Positions 26,857 to 37,176 of a stretch of DNA of 64,000 nucleotides are shown in pieces. The stretch's first letter is position 1; every line of letters starts with the position of its first letter. The position numbers were made by a program, and so were the translations under genes. The stretch is from Amphiscolops sp. MND2022 (taxonomy: Eukaryota). Below the pieces are notes generated by a model, which was not told the origin of the DNA, ran no database searches, and was given only the letters and a program-made list of their open reading frames with translations. The DNA lies in the NCBI GenBank assembly GCA_964187785.1, contig OZ076409.1:19656001-19720000 (forward strand). Reading direction: 5' to 3'.

Positions 26857-28244
26857 CAGGTCAAGAGGAGGCATATTGTATTTTTAATTTAATTGGTACA
26901 CGAAGTGAAAAATAATTGGGATGCTTGTTCACTTCTATGGAAATTACTAGCACGTCCTAGATGAGCTAAACCCACGGTACAAGTTGTCAACTGCTAGCTG
27001 ATTGGATTATTGAAACGCCGCAAATGTGACGTAAAATTGACACATCTGCTCATTTGAACACGTTTCCTTTAAGCTACTTCCCTTTACTTCTTTCCAAAGT
27101 GCTTCTGCATTTTGCGACTTTTTGTCTTAATGATCATTTAAATGTATCTAAATTAAGAATATACTAGGAAATGAATCAAAAACCGGGGTGAGAATTTTGT
27201 TCATTGAAACAAGATGTAAAGCCCTTCCGTGAAGCCAAGCTTTCTCTAACCAAAGGAGAGGTGTTAGGCAAGGAGCTGGTAATCATTGAGCTGCCCGGAA
27301 CCATTGCAGATTGCCGTCACGAGCGGGAGCCAGTAATAAGGACCATACAATGATTTTTTTAACGTCAAAAATATTGTATTGTGTCAAAAACCTCTTCGAT
27401 CTGGTTTACCTTTGCGAAGTTGAAAATAGCGCAGATGAGAATTGAGGTTTCGATTTCCTGCTTTTCAGTCACAAAATTCATCCACCAGACCAAGTGGACG
27501 GTATGAACAAAAAGTGGCCATTGAATGACAGTTGGGCGAAAAAATTGCCAGCACGATCTTCTTGCACTATTTAAAAAACCTAGCTAAAATGTTTTTTACA
27601 ATGGATATGATACCGCTAAGTTATTCGTGAAGTTTTGAAAGTACATTTCGGGTTTTTTATGTGATTGTTTTCATGGTTGGTTAGAATTATTTGGACTCGT
27701 TCACAGTTTTACTATGGAGACCCTAGTCAAGATTGCTGGAACTTTTTGCATGCCGCAGACCTGCATGCAGGAAAATTTTTCATAAAACCTAAATATTTCA
27801 TTAAGCTTCCGGTGGTAAATCTTGTAGAATTACACTGCAGCTTACACGATTGCAATTAAATTTGAAAATGTTTTCCACTTCGTTAGTGACACGATCACTT
27901 TGTATTTCACTTCAACTTCTCTACTACTCATCTTAGGTAAACACCGCTTCTCATCATTACGAAATGTCATGGCAACTTTGAAAATTTAATATTCCGGCAA
28001 ATGTTTCGAAAATAATCAAAAGAAAAATGAAGTTTTGAACAATTTTTGGGAAGTAATGCCTAGCGCTTAGATATTGGGGTAATTCAGTGATGTTTCACTT
28101 CTCGAGTAACTTCGTGTTCTTTCTTAGAAAGTTGTAATAATTTTGACCTTTTTCAAAAGGCAAAGTTTACATGCGATTATCTTTCAAAAAATTCAGTCAA
28201 ATATGCTGCACCGCGTAGCAAATCTGAATTCTTTTTCCGATTAC

Positions 28245-28891
28245 CAGAAATTTCGTCGGCGGAAATTTCATCCTCAGAAATTTCGTCGCAAGAAATTTCG
28301 TCGTCGGAAATTTCGTCGTCAGAATTTTCGTCGTCGGTGATTACGTTCTATAAAACGTCGCATTTTAAAAATCTATTAGGAATCGCCTTAACACTGAATC
28401 TTAACAGTTATCGATAATTGTGCAATTATTACTATCATTGACTACTTTTAGTTATGGTTTTGAGAGAAACAGTTTCAGACCTTATCCCCCGGATTCACCT
28501 TGTTTCTTATTCCCCAACACGAAGTTGTTTCGACACTTAAAGCAAAAATTACCAGGATTTTTTGATAATTTTCTGACGAAAAAGCAAAAATTCCCCCTGG
28601 AACATGCTTGAATTGTGTTTCACCGGTAGGACTGAAAATATACCATTGCTCAATAAGCGTCTTGATGAGTTGATTGAATGCAATTAACTTTTTGACTCAA
28701 TTTTGGTGTCAAACTAACTTGTTCTTAAGATCTCATTGTAATAATTAAATAATTGAATAAATCAAAAGATGTCTTTTCGTTAACGCCGTTAACTCTAATC
28801 AATACGACGAAACTTCTGACGACGAATTTTCTGACGACGAAATTTTTGGATTTGCTAATACGACGAAATTTCTGGCGACGAAATTTCCGCC
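28245..28891. mobile_element. Foldback-type MITE with TIRs built from 15-bp subrepeats
   Basis: Six copies of gaaatttcgtcgNNN at 28247-28336 face five reverse-complement copies (cgacgaaatttctga) at 28805-28891. Confidence 0.75.
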
Positions 28892-30903
28892 TCCCCTTTC
28901 TTCAAATGTAGTAGACTAACAGGAAATTCATCAAAAGCTCAGAAGATTCTTGGCAATAGCGTTTCAATACTTGTACGAAAAATGAAGGAAATTCATAATT
29001 AGAGGGCTATGTTGATAAAAGGGCTTTTTCTTCATTCCGCTGAAAATCGGAATTTGTTTTTTTTACTCTAGTAGATTAACAGGAGGAAATTATTGAAAAG
29101 GTTAAAAAGATTCTTGGGCCGTAAAATTGCGAGATTTTATCGAAATTCAAAGGAAGTTCATAATTGGGAAATGTTGATAAAGTGGCATTTGTGCCACTTC
29201 TGTTGAAATCTAGCAGTACGTTGAAACGTCAGTTCATGCATGAAATGCAGTTTTTGCTGTCATATTGGTTGGTAGGCACTTTTTATTATCTCTCCTCATT
29301 CAGAAGCCTCGAGCCAACACAACATGGCAAATTGGATTAAATTCAATTAAAAAATGACGGGTTTCTTGTCTTTTCCTTCTGTTTGTTTTGTTAAAGCCTT
29401 TTGTTTATCTGACTGCAATTTTTAGTCTACCAGTGGTCGGAAATTTAGTCGTTAGTAAACAACAGACGTGGTGGTCAATTTGGTGATTGTTTGAGCGAAA
29501 AATAGCTTTTTTCCTCAAATGCCTAACCTTGCACAGGTTATTTGCATTGCCTTAGGACGTCGAAGGTCCATTTGCGCATTTTCAAGCTGAGCACTCACTT
29601 TATACATGCAAGCGTTCAACAGTTTCTCCTTTTTTATTAATTTGCAAGCGCAGCTGAAAATAATGACCATGATCTTCTCTGGGTTACTGAATAAACAGAA
29701 AAGAGGTTCAGCTAATAGCTTAACAGTCTCCTGCGGGCTTAACACTTTCCACCCTCGCGGCTGACGAACAATCAAGCAAGCGTGTAATTTAAACTGCACC
29801 GTTCACAGAAGTACTAATTCCTGCGCTTTTCCCCTTCTTTCGTGTCATTTCCTGACTAAATTTTTGACTTGACTTCCTTCTTTTTCATTAAGCTTCTGTT
29901 TTCGCCCGAAGAAAATTTGCGGCTCCATTTGCTGAGGGATCAGCCTATACACGCAGAAGCGGTTCGCAGACAACATTCTCTATCCTCGTCAGTCATTTTC
30001 TTTTCATCCTTTCGAATTTCTTGTCTTTTTGCATCTCCAGCAGAAAAAGAAGCAAAGCTGTGGAAGACACAGCAGCCGTAGCAGAAAAGTAGAAAAGAGA
30101 AAAGAAGAAGCGAAGCCTTTCTACCTTCTGTTGTTACGTAACAATTGCTGCGGCTGGTGGCTCTTCGCCTCCATGTGAACAAAATTCCTTTCTTTTTTTC
30201 ATCACCAACCTTCTCGCTTTTTTGTCGTTTCTCCCTTCCCCTCGCCTCGCTTTTCCTCGCCTTTCCTCGCCTGGTCCGAGCACGTCTTTCAATCCATTCT
30301 ACTGCAGCGTGACGGCGCCGTTTCGAATTTGGTTGGCGCTACGTGTGTTCCTGTATACGAGCTGCGTTGGTCTTCTATTTTGCTGACTGGACAGTTACAA
30401 ACCACGGCGGTAGTAGCACAGCAGCGCAACTAACATACCCCACTTCTATTAAAGCTTAACATTCCTCACCCTAAGACAGGTTAGCATCGCCAAGTTACCT
30501 TCATTGAAGTTACCAACAAATCCATTTCCGCCGCCGTCTGTTTCCTCCCAACATTCCCGCTTTCCTCGCTGCGCGGGAAAATCCACAAATCTTCACTCAT
30601 ATGACATCCTCGGAGGATGTTGAGAGTCTTTTGTTGCATGGAATGAATAGAGGAGGTTACTGGTTAATTGGAAAATAGTCAAATCTACGACGAGTTGTCT
30701 CCCAACCAAATTCCTTCAACAGCAGCTGAAATAACAACCAACGGCTTCCCAGTTAAAGCTGCTTTTACGCCTCTTAACCTCCAGAGGTATCTCTTGTTTT
30801 TTGATAAGCACAGAGAGTGAATTATTAATAACATGAATTTCAATTTACCACCACTTGACTACTTTCACGCCATTTGATAACACTGCTGTGCATTTGATTA
30901 GAC

Positions 30904-31079
30904 ATGGCAGCGGAACAGGCCAAGAGTTTGTTCAACAGAATCACCAGAGCCCATTACTCCGAGTTCCAGAACCCCACAACCGGCAACAGTCCAGCTTCTG
31001 CCCAAAATCAAGGAGGTCCCACGTCTTACTACCAAGACGATGAAGATCAGTTCAACGAAGACGACCAATACCATAACAG
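30904..31079 (+). CDS. SVOP: SVOP-like MFS transporter, probable coding exon 1 (MAAEQAKSLFNRITRAHYSEFQNP...DDQYHN)
   Basis: ATG at 30904, open frame to a strong AG|GTGAGT donor. The phase-2 end joins in frame with the exon at 40978. No homology motif in this exon itself. Confidence 0.65.
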
Positions 31080-31562
31080 GTGAGTTTACTCTTTTACATA
31101 CAGTCGTCACGTGAAATTACATAGTTATGCTGTCGTATTGAAGCTAGACTACCAAAAAACTAAAGATCTTCAGTTTTTTGATCGACCGCTGATCACCAAA
31201 AAACAAAGACAGTTGATTACAAAAAAGTTGGGAGCTCCACATACATCCCACTATTCTAAGTGGGACTGAAAGTTCCAAATTTGAACTCGTATATAAATAG
31301 TCATTTGCAAAACTGCATTGATATATTAGCAAATTGATAATTTTTTTTTCAAATTCTGCCAAGGACTGCTGCAGAACTGGCAAATGTTTGACACTTCGAA
31401 AACTGTAGTTAGCTTTAGCAGTCCATGAGTCCACTGGAGTGTCAGTACCAGCTCTCAAGATCATCTTTAAATGCTTTGTTTCAACGGTTTCACTCAAATA
31501 TTTGCAGCATATCGAGAAGTAGTTTTAACGTAACGTTTCTAAACTACTGCAATATATAATCA

Positions 31563-31624
31563 AAGATTGTTTGAATATTCATCTATAGTAGTATACTACT
31601 ATAGATGAATATTCAAACAATCTT
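31563..31624. repeat. 62-bp perfect palindrome with no spacer
   Basis: aagattgtttgaatattcatctatagtagta|tactactatagatgaatattcaaacaatctt. Confidence 0.95.
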
Positions 31625-31637
31625 CAAACAAAACTAC

Positions 31638-32573
31638 GAGTAATAACGTCAATAGAAAATCCGAGAACGTATTCAGCTATGTTCACATACCTCTAGTGTC
31701 CTAAATGCAGAAACGAAGCGGAGCGGAGCGACGTGTCATTACCAGTCGAGCGGCTGATTTTGAAGAAGGCCGACCCGGAGCGGCGCGTAGTACCTCCCAA
31801 GGACGAACGCCGAGTCATACAATCAATATAAAAATTATGACTGTATGAGAATTAATTCTNNNNNNNNNNNNNNNNNNNNNNNNNNNNNNNNNNNNNNNNN
31901 NNNNNNNNNNNNNNNNNNNNNNNNNNNNNNNNNNNNNNNNNNNNNNNNNNNNNNNNNNNNNNNNNNNNNNNNNNNNNNNNNNNNNNNNNNNNNNNNNNNN
32001 NNNNNNNNNNNNNNNNNNNNNNNNNNNNNNNNNNNNNNNNNNNNNNNNNNNNNNNNNNNTTTTCTGCAAATAAAAATTTAATCAACTCTCATCTCGCAAC
32101 TTAAATCTCCGTTTTTACGGGAAATATGCAATAACTGAAAGTTCTATTAAAAAAAACTATCTGAATATCTCCGCCAAAGAGTGGAGACTAGAATATATTC
32201 TAGTCTCCACTCTTTGGCGGAGATATTCAGATAGTTTTTTTTAATAGAACTTTCAGTTATTGCATATTTCCCGTAAAAAACGGAGATTTAAGTTGCGAGA
32301 TGAGAGTTGATTAAATTTTTATTTGCAGAAAAAAGTCGCATTTTATAATGAAGAATTAATTCTCATACAGTCATAATTTTTATATTGATTGTATGACTCG
32401 GCGTTCGTCCTTGGGAGGTACTACGCGCCGCTCCGGGTCGGCCTTCTTCAAAATCAGCCGCTCGACTGGTAATGACACGTCGCTCCGCTCCGCTTCGTTT
32501 CTGCATTTAGGACACTAGAGGTATGTGAACATAGCTGAATACGTTCTCGGATTTTCTATTGACGTTATTACTC
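31638..32573. repeat. ~378-bp-arm near-perfect palindrome spanning the N gap
   Basis: Centre at 32195/32196 (ctagaata|tattctag). 32060-32195 mirrors 32196-~32332 (one 1-nt indel), and 31638-31859 mirrors ~32352-32573. Confidence 0.92.
31860..32059. other. Assembly gap (200 N)
   Basis: Run of N. Confidence 1.
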
Positions 32574-32712
32574 TTTGTGCGTTTTTCCTAGGGCGTTATA
32601 TCTGGACACTGACTATTATACATTTTGTACTTTTGCTGCGAATTTGAATTATAATTGGACTTTAAATCACTGAAAGAAATTTCTAGTGAAAGAAGTTTAG
32701 AAAGAAATTTCA

Positions 32713-32831
32713 AAAAAAGAGAAAAGAGGTTCACGAATTGTCTGTGATGTATATTACTTTTTTCTTTTTTTTGTGAGAAAGAAAAAAGTAATAAACATCA
32801 CAGACATTTTGTGAACCTCCTTTCTCTTTTT
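32713..32831. repeat. Imperfect ~55-bp-arm inverted repeat (hairpin)
   Basis: agaaaagaggttcac...tgtctgtgatgt...tattactttttt pairs with aaaaaagtaata...acatcacagaca...gtgaacctcctttctc. Confidence 0.8.
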
Positions 32832-33603
32832 GATCAAGTTCTTCAGTAAATGACAGCAAAATTTGACGGCTAATCATCCAAACGGTTCTGCAAACAAATT
32901 ACACTTTTTGGAAATTCACATTATAGTTCACACCATTCGAAAAAAGCACTCGTGGCTATTTTTAGTGCTGCCTTTATGCTATACAGAGCTTTTTGAAGTC
33001 AGCGCTTTACTGTAAGAGCTGAAAATCTTGTCTACTAAGAGGCTTTCATTGCCTTTCTTTCAAATCTCGCCCAAGAGGCTTTAAACGGCAAGAAGGATAA
33101 AAGTGCAATATTCATGCGACAACACTTCTGTAGAAAGGAAGTAAATATTAGAGTTATTTCAGACATCAAAATGTTTTCGGTATCCTGTGATTATTGAAAA
33201 GGCTTAGAGTTACTTCGAAGTTCAATTTCAAGGTGTAAAGTTCTCAAGAATTTTGTATTTGAATGAAATTGGATTTTTCTAACTTTTAAACGGGTTCTTT
33301 CAATCATTGAGATACGAAAGTTATTTGAACAATAATCAGCACTTCGAAAAATACTCTGGGGGAAGTTTTGTTATTCGAAGTTCCGAATCGCTGAGACCGA
33401 AAAGTGGCTGGGATTTATCCGAGCAGCTCAAAAAAATTAGAAGACAGATAAAACATTTGTTGTGATTAGCGTTGTTTTCGTTGTTTAGATAGATATTGAA
33501 TCTGTTAGATTGTTGACTTCAGGAATAAGATATATACAATGTCTTTCAGCAAAATAGTTTTGCGGAATTTTGTAGGTAAAATCACCAACCTCCATAATTG
33601 TCT

Positions 33604-34202
33604 TTTTAGTCGGCGTTTTCGAAGAAAATGCACGACTCTTACAGTGGCTAGTTTTTTTTCGTCAGTTCGACGCGATCGGTCCACTTTTTCTGTTCATTCA
33701 GACTTTTTCTGTTCAGACTATCAGAAGCTTCAGACTTTCAGAAGGAGAAAATAGGGTTCGAGTCTCGCACTAAACCACAAGTTTTATCCAAAAGTAGAGG
33801 GTAGACCAAAGGGTCCCTCCCGCTTTAGTTTTTTTCGGCACTATGCGATTTTTTCCGAAAATTTTTGAATTCTAGCAAAGGGTACCCCTCTTAAATTTTT
33901 TCAAGTTGTCGGTTTGTAGAAAACGTTTAATGAGCCTAAAGTGTCTCTTTTTAGGTTTCTCGGCATTATGCTACTTTTTTTATCAAATACTTTTTTGAAA
34001 AATTTTAATTTTTCTCAAAGCCAAATTAGTTTTTCTGTTGTTTCCAGTGCAGAAAAAACAGTTTTTGAATTTCGGGAAAAACACTTTCGGGATTTTTTGG
34101 TACTGTGTGATAAATGAAAAATTTCACAATAGGCTGAGTTTTTCCTTGAATATTATTGAGCCTTAAATATGACGCCGACTTGGGCCGTTCCCGGCTTGTT
34201 TA
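33604..34202 (+). mobile_element. HINE-like element
   Basis: 5' tttttAGTCGGCGttttc...cacgact; 3' aCGCCGACTtggGCCGttccCGGCttgttt; shared internal aaagggtccc/ttcggcact motifs. Confidence 0.7.
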
Positions 34203-35387
34203 AAGTTTTGGAGGACATGTATGGAATATCACTCCAGAGCTCTAAAATGCACAGTCTCTTCGACACGTGAAAAGTATTTCGTGGAGACATTTTTGGAAGT
34301 ACATTTGTTTCCTTGGATAACAAGCCATTGGCCTCCTGCATAGGTGTTCTGAAACGGTTCTCTGACATTATGCCAAAGAACAATGCGCCCAGAGACATTA
34401 CGTCCAAAACGGGCAATGCGCTCATTGATTTGAAAGTTTGTTGTATGTATAAATATTGGACGTAATGTCCGCTTTGGGCCTAGTGTCCGGTCACCGTCGA
34501 AAACACTTATCCAGTTGTAGATGGCGCTCTTTTAGTAGTGGTTACAAGATAATATCGCAGCCACTTTTGTCTTCCAACGTTTACCATGTTCCATGTTTAT
34601 ACCGAAAGCATGAGGGTTCTTACGAAGAAATAAACTACTATAAATGTTTGTAGCTTAGTATTTTTGGAGATGATTCATAATTTTTTTGAAATATTTGAAA
34701 AAAGAGTTTGTCAGAAAGACTTGGGTCCTCTTAAGAAGGAAGAATGTTAGAGAAAATCTTTTCTGTGACAGTTTTGACTAAGCTTGTTGGCTCCCCAATC
34801 TGACGATTTATATCAATAAACTGTTGTTCTACACGAACTTTTTCATGATTTCGTTTTTAGTTCGACAAGTTTTCGTTGTTAAGCATGTTATTTTGACCAT
34901 TCGAGTAAATTTTAGGAAAACTAGCGTTGTTTTCATTATCGTTAAAGCCGTCCATATTCGCTCGTTCAGTTCGGTGATTCTTTAGACTCTGAGGTCTAGT
35001 GATTACCATTAAGACAAAATGATGAGTTTTGAATGACGAAATATGAAGGGAGTTTCATCAGGTAGCAAAATGCAGTATGATTACATTGTTACTACAGGTT
35101 TAACAGTAGATGACTAGTACGTCTGGTCGTTTTGGTATGAATTTTGTTCGTATGTTTCACCTATTGCGCTATAGTTGCCTCAATTATAATTGCGCTTCGA
35201 AGTCACGTGATCGAAAACTGCACTGTGGTTAGTCGGTGATTTACGTGCTAATTGTTGCGCAATGATGTTATCAACGACTATGACTACTCTCACACTTGTT
35301 ACCGCACGAATGGACTAATGTAAATGGTTGATGAATAATTCACCAAGCTAATTAAAATGATGACTAGCAATCACAGTCGTTACCATG

Positions 35388-36220
35388 GGTGTCCGTTCAC
35401 TAAACAGAAAGCGTTGCATGCAGAAATCAAATAGTAGTGTGCACTAAGCAGAATCATCACTGATTGGTTGGAATTCAAAACTAGACTCTTTTTTCAGAAA
35501 AGTTGTACTGATTACTTGCGTGATATACTGTCAACTTTTGAACCCCTCACCACAAAAACAGTTAGTTCAAACATAACAAAATTAAAAAAATGAAAAAATT
35601 AAAAAACGAAGAACTATTCGAATGAAAGCTAACTTCCTGTTTTGGAAGATTTCCAGTCAGGCCAGTTTGAAAGAATTTTTGAATTTTTTCTTTGAAAAAG
35701 TGGACCATGTCATCTATCTCCTCCCCCAGGTACACCTTGTTGGGAATTTCAAACCCCCCCTCCAACACGAAAGCACATTTTGCTCTTGAACAAAAATATC
35801 TCACTAATAAAAGAATTTTATTTGAATGCTTGGACTCAGAGGATTGTCTCTACAACTGTTTGGACAATTCAGGTAAAAAAAATGCCGTAATTTTTTAAAT
35901 ATTATTATCCAAAATAGCTTAAATCTTTTTATTGGACCAAATTTCAGCGCAAAAGATGTCGATATAATGGTATTTGAACCTTTTTTCTTATCCCCCCGCC
36001 GCAGTTTGGGGGGATAGATGACATTGTCCGAAATAACTGATGGGGGATAATAAACATGGTCCGAATTTTATATGGATATAAATACTTAAAGAGATTATGT
36101 CCATTTTTACTGGGGAAATAGAAATTTCACGGAGATAATAGAAAATAACAGTTATTCTGGTTGATGCACATATAATTCGAATTTCTGCATGCAACGCTTT
36201 CTGCTCGGAACACTAGAACC
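35388..36220. mobile_element. Mutator-like (MULE) MITE, 833 bp, 9-bp TSD
   Basis: GTTACCATG duplicated at 35379-35387 and 36221-36229. A perfect 23-bp IR (cagaaagcgttgcatgcagaaat, 35405-35427 vs 36181-36203) lies exactly 17 nt inside each end. Termini are GGT...ACC. Confidence 0.7.
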
Positions 36221-37176
36221 GTTACCATGGTATCAATATTTTGTTAAATGATGAATGAAATTTCTCAATAAATACATCGATGCTTTGATTGCTACATGAT
36301 CGGCAATATGAAATATACTGATTTGCATGTAAATTGTTATGTTTGTGACGACTGGTTTGGCCAATCGTTTTTTCTACATAATATTTGAACTGCTGAGGAA
36401 ATATAATTAGGTTTAAAATTTCTGACGACTGGAAGGTGTAGTCGGTCAATCAAAGCACGCTGCTTAGCATGACAGAGTTCCCAAATAGTGCCAAAGTGTT
36501 CCGAAAAAATCCAATATGTTTCAGAAAGGTTTGAAATTTTGATGATTTTATTCCTTTTTGGCACAATTGTTCCTTGATTTTGTTTATCAACGGAGGGTAA
36601 ATAAAAAAAACCGGAACGACCATTTTCGGGGCCCGCCTCAGGCTCAAAAAACGCGAGCAGTTTTTTTTGCAATGTTATTCGGAGTACTATTGTCCATTGC
36701 TCTTTAAACTGAAATTTACAAAAATCAAAAGGGAACTTTTGGTACCGAAGAAAAACGAAACAAAAACTCACAGTGTTAAACAACCCAAAGTTGGACACAT
36801 GCTTGTTAGACGCCTGTAATCTCTGGATCAAAAAATGATCATTTCAGTGTGAGACTGAAGAACACAATTGGTAACTGTAATAGTCGTGTCTTTTTCAGAG
36901 AGCGCTGACTACAAAATGATTAGCAACATGACATACTTTCCAAATAATGAAATCGGAAATGTTTCCAGAACAAATCCCTTGAAAGACCCGAGAGACTTCG
37001 AAAAAGTGTCTGGAATATCATTCTGAAAAAAAAACGCTTCAAAAACGCTAATTTGAATGCTATTTTTTGGTGAGTGAGCCTTATGAGTTATGGAATTAGC
37101 GGGAATAGCTTGTTCAGGACACAGCCCGCTCGATGGTTCGAAATAAATTTGTACATTACATTCTTGGACAAGTTAA

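Noticed and set aside
28247..28336. Regular short repeats (CRISPR-like?) and the 'KFRRR' peptide
   Set aside because: Contiguous 15-bp units with no spacers in a eukaryotic context; they form the arm of a foldback element.
31815..32085. ORF-track entries made of X
   Set aside because: Artefacts of the N gap.
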